A stretch of DNA of 32,865 nt from Octopus bimaculoides (taxonomy: Eukaryota), in NCBI RefSeq assembly GCF_001194135.2, contig NC_068982.1:91700401-91733265 (forward strand), read 5' to 3'. Below are positions 1 to 12,245 of this stretch, in pieces. The stretch's first letter is position 1. Each line of letters begins with the position of its first letter. The position numbers and the translations under genes were made by a program. The notes under the pieces were generated by a model that searched no databases, was not told where the DNA came from, and was given only the letters and a program-made list of their open reading frames with translations.

Positions 1-47
<47 letters not shown>
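1..47. repeat. (AT)n microsatellite
   Basis: Pure AT dinucleotide run at the window start. Confidence 0.98.
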
Positions 48-51
<4 letters not shown>

Positions 52-182
52 GTGAAACTAATAGAAATGAATGTATTAAAAGTGAAATTATTGAAAGTGA
101 AACGAAATAAAAGTGAGGCTATTATATCACATTACAACATAGATGTTATTGTTTCACTTTTGACTCGTAATACCAATACAGT

Positions 183-345
183 GTAAGCTCCCGGGTCACC
201 TTAGGCAAGAAGTTGAAAATTTCTTTGGCCCATTACACTCCGTGGACCCTAAGTAATGCATGTGTAAAATTTGAATGAAATCGGTTGGGTAGTTCTCGAG
301 TTTTAGTGATGAACATATAGAGACAGACATTATATATATATATAT
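183..345. mobile_element. Non-autonomous Helitron/Helentron (HINE/DINE-like) fragment
   Basis: aaaatttgaatgaaatcggttgggtagttctcgagttttagtgatgaacatatagagacagac followed by (TA)n resembles the conserved core of HINE/Lep1-type elements. It is in the opposite orientation to the better copies at 18.2 and 24.2 kb. Confidence 0.45.
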
Positions 346-1274
346 AATGCAGAAGACTCGAACTCGAGTAGTCACAGTTACAGACTTCAAGTCACGACTT
401 TTTCACGAGTTATCGATTAATCAGCGGCTGGCTTTCACGTGATACTTTGGTAATGGTGGCTGAGTTGTGTTATACCTCGACCTAACCAACATCTTCTCAC
501 TCGTTATGTAGACGGAAACTGTAAATATACGTACTTCTTAAATATCTCATTTATAGTTTTTTTATATCTTTATTTTTACACCATTTTATATAACGTCTTT
601 GCCCCACTTCGTTTTTATATAACTTATTTGTCCCAACGCATGAGTTTCTGTAAACGTTTAGATTTAACGTTTCATAGTTGTATCTATGAATGGTGATTTA
701 TGTAAAAACCCATGATTAATTTGCGGGAGTTTATTTTTTTTTAAATGTGTGTTTTCATATCAACTTTGCATAGCTCAGCTATTTTTTAACTGCAGAGAAA
801 TAAATATATGCATAATACAAATATCAACAGGCATATAAACTATATTAATAAGCACATGACATGCGAAAGAATATGTCACATTGGCATTAGAGTTTGTTGT
901 AGGTATTGTCAAAGCTTATCTTGTAAAGCATATTAAGAATGTAGCCCAGGGAAATGATGAAGTCGAAAAAATTGCTTGGAAACATGGCACACATCGACAA
1001 TATTAACCACAGCTCATTTAAACTAACACGCACACGTGTAAATATTCATAAATGCATGCATTGCACGTACATGAACGCAAATACGCAAAACACACATGTA
1101 CATACATTGTATCTTTCGAGATAATTTCACATTTCATTTGTTTAGGAAGGGATATTTATTTATCTGATATGCTTCCAGTTACCGCGATTAGTTAACTCAG
1201 TAATATGCTAAATCAAACGAAGCGCAAATATATCACGGGAAAGCTAAGTATATATGCATATATATATATATATA

Positions 1275-1328
1275 NNNNNNNNNNNNNNNNNNNNNNNNNN
1301 NNNNNNNNNNNNNNNNNNNNNNNNNNNN
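1275..1328. other. Assembly gap (54 N) after an (AT)n run
   Basis: N run in the sequence. Confidence 1.
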
Positions 1329-2099
1329 TGCATATGTTTAATAAATGTATACGTATTTATAATTTGTAAACGCGAATAAATATATATCAGAATGTAATAA
1401 ATATTTTATCTTTTCTCTCCTTTTGCTTCTTCAACAAACTGCTGTTTTCTCTGATGCAAACAAAATTGAAAATTACTTTAGAATTTCTTGTTTTTGTGTA
1501 AAGTTGGTTTTAAGTTCAAGCAACAAAGAAAACTAGCAATAAAATTCCCATTCTGGTGACGTCATTAAATTTCGAATTTTTGTTAAAAAAAAATAAAGAG
1601 ACAAAAACATTAACAACATCGATGTTAACAAATCGCAGCTTCAGAAACGAAATTGATTATCTTTAGAGAGTAAAAATTTCGTTTTAGTTTTGTTTTGTGG
1701 GTTTTTTGGGGTTTTTTTACAACTTTGCTGTAGTGTTAATAGTATTCACTGTTTAACTGCATTCATTTAAGTATTGCAACAGCAGAGTTATCGCAGTCCT
1801 TTCACACATTATGAACCCAGCTCCCTAAATTAATAGGTTTTATTTGTTTTAAATAATCAAAAATGTTAATTATTTTATATTACAGGATTAGTAGGATTGC
1901 TTGAGTGAGGGACAAAGCGGTATTTTTTTGGTTCTTTACGTCCTGAGTTGAAATCCCAGCTTGGTATAGGGATAGCTGAAGCAACATATTCAGTGTCTTT
2001 CATAAAAAGCACCAGAGAGTTGGAGGTAAAATGTCCACTTGTTGAGAGCGCAACGGAGTTTCAATTCCTAGATGAAATTGTTCTATTTCGCGCTTTATG

Positions 2100-2330
2100 T
2101 AACTAAAGCATCTGGAAAAAGGTTTTCATGGAGTCACTCGACTTATTAGAAATAGTAGTGGAATCTGCTTCAAATCATACTCTACTCGTTCTTTTTATTA
2201 AGAAAGGTTACACAGGATAATGTAAGCCTTGGAATATTCTTTGAAGCTGGAATGGTCACTGCTGGCATGTCTTAGGGACATAAGTCTGCTCATTAAGAGC
2301 GTATCTGAATTTAAATAACGAACAGCATAA
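2100..2330 (+). mobile_element. Unclassified interspersed repeat family B (SINE or LINE 3' end)
   Basis: gagtcactcgacttattagaaatagtagtggaatctgcttcaaatcatac...ggataatgt...ggaatggtcactgctggcatg...gtctgctc...aaataacgaac. The same motifs in the same order recur at 8.5, 16.6, 16.9, 29.4 and 30.4 kb. Confidence 0.6.
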
Positions 2331-2424
2331 AACTCACATTGATTTCTAAAGATAAAACATCACAAATCATTTACCAGAGAGACTAGTCACTTATACGTAT
2401 AATATCTGAACATACGTGGCATTT

Positions 2425-2500
2425 ACGTTATCGACCCCGGAGGATGGAAGGCAAAGTTGACATCGGTGGGATTTTGAACTCAGAACGTAGAGAGACACAA
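2425..2500 (-). mobile_element. SINE family A fragment
   Basis: Reverse complement reads ctacgttctgagttcaaaatcccaccgatgtcaactttgccttccatcctccggggtcgataa, matching the other family A copies. Confidence 0.8.
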
Positions 2501-2573
2501 ATAAGGCAAAGCAATTTATCAGTCATCATATCGATTATAACTTTAATGGTATTCACTATTACCCCTATCCTTA

Positions 2574-2830
2574 AGATGGCTAACTGACAGAAGCATTAGC
2601 AGGCCGGGAAAAATGCTTAGAGACATTTCGTCCATCTTTACGTTCTGGGTTCAAATGTGGCCAGGGTTGACTTTGCTTTTCATCCTTTCGGAGTCGATAA
2701 AATAAGTACCATTTGAGTACTGGGGTCGATTTAATCGACTTAGCCCTTCCCGAAACTACTGGCCCTGTGCCAAATTTTGAAACCAATATTACCCATATTT
2801 CTGACCTTGTGCCAAAGTTTGAAACCAACA
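2574..2830 (+). mobile_element. tRNA-derived SINE family A with a duplicated 3' tail
   Basis: Degenerate A box, B-box-like gggttcaaat, central tttgcttttcatcctttcggagtcgataaaataagtacc. The tail tgtgccaaa.tttgaaaccaa occurs twice. Confidence 0.85.
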
Positions 2831-4792
2831 CAACCCCTATCCTGATGACAAGTTAATGTTTTAAATTCATTTATTTCTTTCATTTTGATTGCGTGTTCAT
2901 ATTCCACCTGCATCGACTTTACGCTTTACACCGACCCAGTTTTAAACTGGGATTTAGGTAAGTTGAAATCGTTAAGACTTGATCTCACCAATGTAAGATA
3001 CCAAACGAACAGATGGAAAGGCCTCTATGATGTCAATCAACTTGCTAGAAATAGCAGCCAAATATCCCCCAAATTATATATTACAATCTTTAATAAAAAA
3101 AATAAAAATAAAAAACATTGGACAGAGTTGTCTCTGATACACGAAAAGACAAGATGACCGAGACTGTAACATTGCTACTGCCAGAAATAATACCGATCAT
3201 ATCAATGATACCCATTATCGGCAGCGAACCAGAAATTGGTGGGATTGAGAAGTTTAGACGATAATTCCATGAATGTTGGATGTAATTCGATAAGTCAGTA
3301 TCTAATATTCGAATTAATATAGTCATTGATATCAACTACGGTACTTGATAGTTATATATTTTATCGATATCCGAAGCATAGAAAACAAATTCGACTGCAA
3401 CAAAGACTCAACTCTAAATGTTGATCGCTATAACTAAACGCTACCGAAAATTTAGCCCGAGATATTGTCACACCATTTAGTGCAGCATATATAATTTTGA
3501 TACAATGACATATTTAACACATATTTTTATGGAAGAGGTAGAATCGACTGAATTCATACCAGTATATAATATGTAACAATCCAATGAAGGAGTATGTGAA
3601 TCTTTGCTTGGTCTCCTAGAAATAGCAGTAAAATCTCTCTCAAACAATTCCCTCCACACACACACACCGGCAACGTATTAAAATAATAAAGACACAATAG
3701 TTATTGCTATACTGTACTACGAATGTATTTATAAATTTTAATCAGCCAGGTATATATATATATATTATAAGAATTGAATTCAAAGAATCGACCCAGTTTT
3801 AAGCCCTCCATCTGAAGCCCTCCAGATGAGGATCCGGCTATTAGGTTAAACCAATTCAAACTTAACTGGAATGCACAACCAAAAATCGGTGATATGCAAA
3901 TAGTAATGTTTCCTTGAGAAAAAAATTGACAGGATGGTCGTATTTAGAATACCTTTGATCATAGTTCTACTCTATGAGGGTTAACTTGTAACTAAACTGC
4001 AGCAACAAATAACAGTTGATACTCAGAGAACATAAGTATATACTGCATTTTATACTTGTGTATAATTCATATTTCTATATATAAAATACTTTTAATCAAT
4101 AGTGTGCGATTTCTACAGTTACCTTGCCTAATTATATGTTATATTATGTCATGAGATTTAAGACGAGGTAATACGTGAGTAAAGAAATTTTAACAAGTAT
4201 TGAAATAAGTAGTCAAAGAATTATGGTGTCGTTTCGTTAAATATAGACTACTAATATATTTTCAGTGTTTGACTCAACAGAAAATTAGCAAAACATTTAT
4301 CTAAGTATAATTTTTTAATTCATTTTTAGTGATTTTCATTCTCTTCTGACATTCTAAATAAATTCTAGTTGTTACCTTTCCATTTCCTTATATATATATA
4401 TATATATAACAGAGATTGAAAGTGATAGTAAAAACTAAAATAGATAGATAGATATACCAATTTATATTCAGTTTTCGATATTTCATACAAAATATTTTAG
4501 GATGTGATCAATTAGTGATTTGGAACAAAAGCAAAACGATAAAGTTATATTAAATAAAATTCCTATAAATTTTAAATAGTTTAAGAGTTCAGTGTTATAT
4601 TTTTATTAGCTTGTAGGTAAAATACTTTTTCTGTGTTGACTTCAGTTTTTCATGTGAAATGCCGACAAATCTTTTGAGCTGGAATTTTCGAATTAAATAA
4701 TCACTTTTCAGACAGCAATTCTAGCACAAAATAGAAATAACAAAACGAAACACTTTTCTACAGATGAAGCATTTCTTTCTCTATGTCTTACT

Positions 4793-4915
<123 letters not shown>

Positions 4916-5297
4916 GTCTATGTTTTATTTGCCAGACACTATCATCTCAAATAATTGAGCATCCTGTATATTCTAACCGAATGAATCTCGAAGTTATTCC
5001 ACTTGTCAATTATACCGAATTCAATGAAATTCGATTACTTTAGAATCAATCTATTATTTGTTGTGATTCCACGAGAAATTGCTTCAACTTCACATTCAGT
5101 TGAAAATGGTTTGAGAAGTATTTTGTGATTTACTAACGAACGAAGGGAAAACGTTTAATAGTTGTGAGACACAAATAATAGATGTTTCATATATTTAATT
5201 TTATAATTTACAGTAAATTTAATTTAAAATAAATAGTACAAAATTGCTACAATATGTTTGCATGTATTTAATGTTTACATAAGTAAGAAAATTATGC

Positions 5298-5634
5298 AGG
5301 TGCAAGCATAACTGTGTAGTCAAAAAGCTCATGTTGTTTCGAGTTCTGTGCCACTACAGCACCTTGGGCAAGTGTCTTCTGCAATAGCCGCGAACCTATT
5401 GATGCCTTGTAAATAGATTCGGCAGGGCTGAAACTGAAAGAAACCCGTCGCTTGACAACCGGTGTTCGTTTATTTATGCTCCCGTAACTTAATGATTTGG
5501 TGAAAGAGATCGATAGAATAAGTACTAGACTTTAAAAATAAGCACTAAGGTTGATTCGTTCGGCTAAACTCTTCAAGATGGTGTTCCAGTATGACCGCAG
5601 TCCTATGACTGAAACAAGTAAAAGGCAAAAGATA
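5298..5634 (+). mobile_element. tRNA-derived SINE family C (CORE-like accttgggcaagtgtctt)
   Basis: Decayed tRNA-like head, accttgggcaagtgtcttct, gaaactgaaagaaacccgtcg, and tail gatagaataagtact...atgactgaaacaagtaaaag, which is shared with 15758-15995. Confidence 0.75.
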
Positions 5635-6768
5635 CTAAATGACAAATTGGCAGAGTTAGTTAAGCATCGGATAAAATGTTTTACTGTATTTGTCCAAATC
5701 CCACTGACGAGTAACTTTACTTCTCATCGTTCTGGGGTCAATTTCAATCTTTTCCAGAATTGCCGTGATTTTGCAGCCAAAGAAATGTCGTGGAGAAGCT
5801 CTTTTTCTGGAAATGGGGGTGGGATGAAAGAGAGGGGCTAGCAATCATAGACAAACTACTTACACTATATGTTAGACATGACCATTGGGAGATTGTGAAT
5901 AACATAAAATTACCTAAAGAAGAAACTTAGTTTGAACATCTTTAGGTCAATGTCGGCAGGTAGAATGTGGGAGACGGAATAGAATCGGGTGAAGGAGAAT
6001 CTAAATACTTGAAACAGAATGAACTCTTCTAAATGCATTAAAAAACCAGATGACAAAGCTGCGTTGCTAAAAGACTATGTTTTCAGTTTCGCCTATCTCA
6101 CGTATCAAGTAATATGACGAAAGCATTGAGAGTGCGGGTGGGAGAGATGAAGACAGACAAAGAAGAAAAATAAAAGAATAAAAGAGGGAAGGAAGACATC
6201 GTCTAAACAGATAGCAAGAGGCCAGCTAGGTCATAAATCAGGGGCACCAGAAAGATATAAATATGCACCCAATACAAAAGACAAAACAATATACATACAA
6301 ACTTCGTCTGTCACCTACCATTATATGTGATATGCGAAGCTGTTGGTTATTTGCATAATAGGGAAAAAGTGTATATATTTGGAACTTTAACATCGCTTGT
6401 ATTTATTGCGGGATACTGATGAAGTGAAATGCATGAGTGCATAATGCTTCTACATAATGCTTCTGTTAAGTAATTGTTTTGGCATTATAATGAAACACGT
6501 GTGTCCAATAGAGCTTTCAATGTTACATACTGAAAGCTCTATTTCTGCTTGTTATTTTTTATATTTTCTGGCTTGTATTCTGTCCACTAGCCTATTCCGA
6601 AGTTGGTGTCTCATTTTATACTACACTAAATACTGGAGTTGAGTGTGGAATTCACTACTGAGTCCGATTTTGGTTGCGTGTCGCTCTTTACTGTACCCCT
6701 TTCCACACTCACACATCACACACACTCACATTCACACACACTCACACACACGTATGTATGTATTTATA

Positions 6769-7983
6769 CGAGGGTAGGCTGAAGGAGTGATGCTAGAACT
6801 GTGAAATCTTGCGTGCATTAATTTCAGTCAGCTCTTCTTATTCATAACTGCATTGTTTCTTGCCAGGGAAACTAACATCTGACTGTTCAAAAAAGACTTC
6901 AAAAGTAACTAGTAGTGACTTTTCTTGAAAATGGACAAAATTTGGCATTCTGGTGTTATCGAATACCTGCAGAAAAGGACATTCATGCTGTCGTGATTTC
7001 TACATTAAGGTATGACGCTCCAGCTTTTTCAAGTGCAAAAGTGGACAGCTGAATTTACGAGGCGAGTGGAGATTCTTGAACATGACCCAAGGTTTGGAGG
7101 TCCTGCAACTGCAACTACCAAGGAAAACATTGATTGTGTTCAGCACATACTGACGGATGACAGGCGATTGACTATAAATCAAATAGCCACTATTAGCATA
7201 TCCCGTAAGATGGTTGAGAATATTCTGAACAATGAACTTGGCATGACGAAGATTTCTGTCTTCTGGCACCCGATTAAAAACGCACTTGGCTGATCACTTC
7301 ACGGGAAGATCTGACATTGTTTGGGGCAGCTCCAGCTAACTTCCCTGAACGTTTCCTGAGACAGGATGAGTGTTGGCTTCATCACTTTGAGCCAGAGACA
7401 AAGAGGCAATCTATGCAGTGGAAACGCACCTCCTCACCTGTTCCAAAGAAGGCCAAGGTCATTTCATCTGCAGGAAAGGTAATGACTTCAGTTTTATTGG
7501 ATGCAAAAGGCTTTGTGTTTATCGACTATTTTCAAAAGGTCTACACCATCAATGGAGAGTACTATGCCAAGTTGCTGAGGTAGTTACGAAAGGCTATCAA
7601 GATCAAACGCCCAGGAAAACGGATGAAAGGCGTCTTGTTTCACGAGGACAATGCTTCAGCACAGAAATTGTTAGTTTCAATGGTTGCTGTGTTGAACTGG
7701 TTGATCACTCTCCCATTCTCCTGATTTGGTCCCATCTGAATATCATCTGTTCCTCAACATGAAAAAAACATTGACTGGGAAGCAATATCACAGTGATGAT
7801 GACGTTATATCAGTTGTTGGTGGCTTTTCCACCAACAGGATGAAAGCTTCTTCACTGGTGGAATCCAAACACTACAACACCGATAGAAGTGTGAACCGTT
7901 AGGGGGACTATATTGAGAAATAAACTTCATTCGGTCACATTTCAGTATCTCGGTCAGCCTATGACCTTTTCAGCCAACTCTCG
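6769..7983 (+). mobile_element. Mariner DNA transposon, irritans-like subfamily, ~1.2 kb, inactivated transposase
   Basis: Left end TA-cgagggtaggctgaa; right end ttcagccaactctcg (imperfect TIR). Transposase pieces in several frames: EDDPR.G.PATAT region, DECWLHHFEPETKRQSMQW, KKAKVISSAGKVM, TINGEYYA, frameshifted SPDLVPSEYHLF (YSPDLAP motif). Multiple stops and frameshifts. Confidence 0.92.
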
Positions 7984-8071
7984 TGTGTGTGTGTGTGTGT
8001 GTTTACACACACAATATCTTTATAATGGTTAAGAGAAAACTACCCAGGAGCGAATTAGAAATGTCTTTATA

Positions 8072-8280
8072 CAGTAATTCCTCACCTATCGCGGTTTATT
8101 ATTTAAGCTTACGTCGATTCCTCCGTGGAGTTGTTTTGCATTTATAATAAAATAAATATATACAATTTATAAAAGCAAGTAAAAAAATATATGCAGTACA
8201 GCACTGTTTCTACTTCGCGGATTTTCACCTATCGCGGGGTGTTTTGGAACGTAACGCCTGCGATTGTCGAGGGATTATTG
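8072..8280. mobile_element. pogo/Tigger-type MITE (209 bp, TA TSD)
   Basis: TA-cagtaattcctcacctatcgcgg ... cctgcgattgtcgagggattattg-TA terminal inverted repeats. An internal repeat of cacctatcgcgg is typical of Tigger-derived MITEs. Confidence 0.8.
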
Positions 8281-8494
8281 TAATATAAATGCCAAGTTTA
8301 TAATACAAAACCTTATTTAAATGAGATAAAATTTTTCTGGTAAATAATTCACAATATTTTAAACAGATATTTTCTAAACAAAAATTACCGCAGAAGCAAA
8401 ACTAATAAACAGAAAAGTCTTATTGATGTAGCCAGTAGTGGGGTTGATTGTGTTGGTGGTCTTGTTCTTGTTTTTCTTTATTCACATGACAGTC

Positions 8495-8670
8495 CTATTC
8501 AAGAAGACCTGTGATCAAAGGCATCAAGCCGTGCACAACTCTCCAAATAGGACTACACTATTTTTTCTGCCTTTGTTTTATAAATGGCAGGTGTGATATG
8601 GGTTGGGGATGAAATTTTTAGCTGTTATTTCTAGCAGACTGATCGACCCCTTAGAGGCGCCCTGTTGAAT
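8495..8670 (-). mobile_element. Repeat family B copy
   Basis: gacctgtgatcaaaggcat...gctgttatttctagcagac is the reverse complement of the family B motifs. Confidence 0.55.
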
Positions 8671-9129
8671 GGTATGTCCAATACAACTACCGGACATGTG
8701 TATTATGTTGAATGGTTTTGTATGAATTTTGAACGGTAAATTTGTTATTAACCAGAAGAATAATCAGAGCTGGATTTATTGTCATAATGATTAGGACACA
8801 AATATTGACTTATATATTTCTTTCTTCAGCAGTTCTTGTAAAACAGAAAAGAAAGAAACAACAGAGAAAACAGTCACTTCTCTACTTCATGTCAATAGAA
8901 GACCAGTGAATCTAAACTTTTTGCAAGCTGATCTTTCAAGGGAATACATGTCAAATACTTCTCATACACAGAATATACGCGACGTAAAAAGGGGGTGCAC
9001 AAGTCTTGCAAACAAACTACTAGTCATTCAATTCATTTTATCAGATATTAATAATAAATAGAAGCAACAACAGCATAAAAAAAATATGGACGACACAAGC
9101 AACGTCAGAAATAACGATAAGAACAAATG

Positions 9130-9186
9130 TAGTAGTGATGATGACGACGATGATGATGACGATAATAATAATAATAATAATAATAA

Positions 9187-9241
<55 letters not shown>

Positions 9242-9260
9242 CATTATTATTGTTATATGA
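9130..9260. repeat. Compound (GAT)n(AAT)n(ATT)n microsatellite
   Basis: Direct reading. Confidence 0.97.
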
Positions 9261-9561
9261 GTAACAACAGCAATAATAATTAAGATAAATCAACATCGAC
9301 AAGAATAGCATCAGCAGTATTAGCGATAATACCATAATCAATATCATCCTGATAGTTTGGTCCCGCCTTTTTATGGTGTTGGGTGTTATATGAAATGGTA
9401 CGAGGAGAAACAAAAGTCTGAGGAGCATCAATCTTTTTCTCGCCGAGCCAGCGAGGAAGTCCCTTGCTCTTCGATCCAGACCTCCTATTCAATGGGAAAA
9501 CAAAAAATCTATTATTTCTTGGGATCCTTATTGTTATTGATTTTTCGCAGCCGTTCGTATT

Positions 9562-9741
9562 TGTGTGCGTGCGAGCGTGCGTGTGTGCGCGCGCGTGTGT
9601 GTGTGTGTGTGCGTGCGTGTGCGTGCGTGTGCGTGCGTGTGCGTGCGTGTGTGTGTGTGTGTGTGTATGTGTGTTTCGAATTTCTTCACGGTAGTTGTTG
9701 ATGGCGGTGATGATGGTGGTAGTGGTAGTCGTGATGATGTT

Positions 9742-9783
<42 letters not shown>

Positions 9784-9846
9784 TGTTGTTGTTGGTGGTG
9801 GTGGTGGTAGTGGTGGTGGTGGTAGTGATGGTGGTGGTGGTGGTGT
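9562..9846. repeat. (GT)n/(GTGC)n followed by (TGG)n/(TTG)n microsatellites
   Basis: Direct reading. It generates the poly-Q, poly-P, poly-C and TH-repeat ORFs in the track. Confidence 0.97.
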
Positions 9847-10124
9847 TACAGGATTGCTTCTCATTTTAAATGCCTGACAATATGTCTCAAATGGGTTAGG
9901 CTGCAACCTTCGGTGTATATTTTGCGCAAAATGCTACAAAAACTGGTTGAGATTGATTCATGTAATCATAGATTATCTCTCTTTGCAGAGACGGAGAGAG
10001 AGGGGGGGGTTCTCATGCTTGAATTTCTTTTCAAGAACACGGTGAAGGAAGAAAATGGGAACTAAGTCCAAAGACAGTATAACATCAGACAAAGGATACA
10101 GATAGAAAGAAGAGATATGACGAT

Positions 10125-10414
10125 GATAGTAATAATAAATGATGGACTCACCCATCGAAAACGACGTATGAGTGTTCAGCTTTTTGCCGAACGACCAGCA
10201 CAAATGATCTGTTTATGGCGATCAAATGTTTATGCTGTACATTAGCTCACACCCTTCGTTAAATCAACGGTGTACCACGCGTTACATATCGAAGTGATCA
10301 CAGAGCAACGTGTGATGAAGTGTTTTGCACAAGAATAACGCATCACCCGGCATAGGAATTGAAACCACGATCTCGCGATCGTGAGTACAACACCTTAGCC
10401 ACTAAGCCATGTGG
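10125..10414 (-). mobile_element. tRNA-derived SINE family D
   Basis: Minus strand has A box TGGCTTAGTGG (10399-10409) and B box GGTTTCAATTCC (10355-10366), then gttattcttgtgcaaaacacttcatcacacgttgctc. Confidence 0.8.
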
Positions 10415-10434
10415 TTTTGCATTATAAATATTAC

Positions 10435-11180
10435 AGAGGATGAAATGGAAAAGATCCTCAAAAAGATACTAAATTAGGAAGCTCTAGGACCCGATGGAGT
10501 TCAAGGATCCTAGTTTTAAAATTTCAAAGTATGCATATCCTTGTAAAACAGTTTTTTACTGACTGTTTAAAATGGAACACGAACATGGATGACAAAAAGA
10601 AAGACAATGTGAATACTGAAAAACAAAAAATAAGGAAAGCAAGTCAATAATTATAGGCCTATTACATGCTTACCATTACTCTGGAACTTGCCTCATGAAA
10701 GGTGAATTATATAGCTTTCTGGAGAAGAATCTTTTACCAGAATAGCAAAATGGTTGCAAAAAGAAGTCAAAGAGAACTACTGATCTGTTGTCCATCGATA
10801 CCATAATACTAAGTCATGTTCGAATAAGAAAGAACTTAGCAGTTGTTTGAATAGACTACAAGAAAGCATACGACAATTTTGCTAGCTTTTGGAGTGACTC
10901 GGGGGTAATCGAGGTCAATGAAAAAAATCATCAGTTTAAGAAATTGCGATGAGATCATGAGAAATAGTACAAAATTGCAGAAGTAAATCATTAGGAAACG
11001 GGAAAATACGCAGGTCTATATTTCAAGGAGACTCGCTCTCTCCATTACTTTTCGTGATTATGTGTATTCCTCTGACAAGTATTCTAAAGAAAATCCTGAT
11101 ATGCGTACGGGCTTATTAAAACCAGGGTGAAAATAAATCATTTGCTATTTTGGATGACTTCAAACTATACACCAAAATTT
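10435..11180 (+). mobile_element. R4/Dong-clade non-LTR retrotransposon RT fragment (decayed)
   Basis: Broken frames give KALGPDGVQG (cf. NWKAPGPDG), NYRPITCL, DYKKAYD, IFQGDSLSPLLFVIMCIPL and INHLL.[L]DDFKLY (RT catalytic motif). Confidence 0.85.
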
Positions 11181-11807
11181 TAAAATACGCAAGTTCTATT
11201 CTCTAAACAGTGTCAATAATGCGAATGCAAAATTCTTCTAAGCAAAGACAATGCGAAACTATATAGTTTATGTAAGATACCACTGTTATGAGCCGCTCTT
11301 TTTTGAAACAGCATATTAATATTTGTTCAATATTACTCAGCACATGTATAATAAATGCTAAAGTGCAACTGATGCATCTAAGCATGTAGTATGTAACTCC
11401 CTTGCATAATAACACTCATTGCATCTCAAAGATGCCATTGAAAATGTAATTTTAATGTATCCCACCGGTTAAGAACTTTACACGGCTACTTCTCGTTAAC
11501 TATCTTGGGGCTGAAAGAGGAATCATTTCCAATGGCTCATCACCATTGTTATTAAATTTTCATGTAAGATTCTCTTGAAAGCGCTGATCTGTGGAAGAAG
11601 TTATTTGTTTCTCTTAACAGACAATCAATGTTATAAGTTAATTCTTCAGCAACTTGGGAACATGGAAAGTAGCAAATGCATTTTATGCGAATCAAGTCTG
11701 GATTATTCAATTTCATTAATGTGTAAAGAGAATCGTTAATGCAACCAAAGATTGAAGTTATGTCTATTACAATAGCAAAGCAATTTTTCAGTATTAATTC
11801 CCACATT

Positions 11808-12023
11808 AAGGCTGTGAGCTGGCAGAGTCGTTACCACGCCGGACAAGATGTTTAGCGGTATTTCTCCCGATTTTACGTTCTGAGTTCAACTTCCGCCGAG
11901 ATAGAGTTTGCCTTTCATCCTTTCGGGATCGATGAAATAAGTATCAGCCTAGCTTTGGGGTCGATGCAATCGACTTATCCCCTATTCCAAACTTGCTTGC
12001 CTTGTGCCAAGATTTGAAATCAA
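11808..12023 (+). mobile_element. SINE family A, full length
   Basis: gagctggcagagtcgtt...gagttcaacttcc...tttgcctttcatcctttcgggatcgatgaaataagta...cttgtgccaagatttgaaatcaat. Confidence 0.9.
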
Positions 12024-12039
12024 TGTCAATTCCTACATC

Positions 12040-12245
12040 AAAGCAGCGAACTGGCAGACCAGTTACCGCACCGAGCAAAATGCTTAGCGGTATTTCGTCC
12101 GTCTTTACGTTCTGAATTCAAATTCCGCCAAAACGGGCTTTGCCTTTCATCCTTTTGGGATCATGAAATAAGTACCAGTCCATGTAATCAACGACCCTTT
12201 TTCCTCAAACTTACTGACCTTGGGCCAAAATTTAAAACCGTTATT
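12040..12245 (+). mobile_element. SINE family A, full length, 11-bp TSD
   Basis: Same consensus, flanked by TTCCTACATCA at 12030-12040 and 12248-12258. Confidence 0.9.

Noticed and set aside
860-1015. ~52-codon open stretch (HAKEYVTLALEFVVGIVKAYLVKHIKNVAQG...)
   Set aside because: Short, with no start or splice support and no recognisable family.
3815-3865. cagatgaggatcc...aggttaaaccaatt as a possible decayed hammerhead
   Set aside because: Both core boxes and stem II need several corrections, so it is too degenerate to call.
6416-6440. Isolated CTGATGA here and at 26274-26280
   Set aside because: No properly spaced stem II, GAAAC or closing stems.
6640-6711. 11-bp inverted repeat tgagtgtggaa/ttccacactca
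   Set aside because: The interior does not pair, there is no TSD, and the right arm merges into a (CA)n tract, so it is probably chance.
7720-7760. Third catalytic residue reads E (SPDLVPSE) rather than D in the irritans-like mariner
   Set aside because: The copy is full of stops and frameshifts, so a single GAC/GAT>GAA change is best explained by neutral decay rather than a DD34E variant.
10355-10414. tRNA-like A and B boxes here and at 12.8, 23.1 and 29.9 kb
   Set aside because: They do not fold into a full cloverleaf. Those at 10.4, 12.8 and 29.9 kb continue into SINE bodies, and the 23.1-kb box is an isolated B-box inside a MITE, so none is a tRNA gene.
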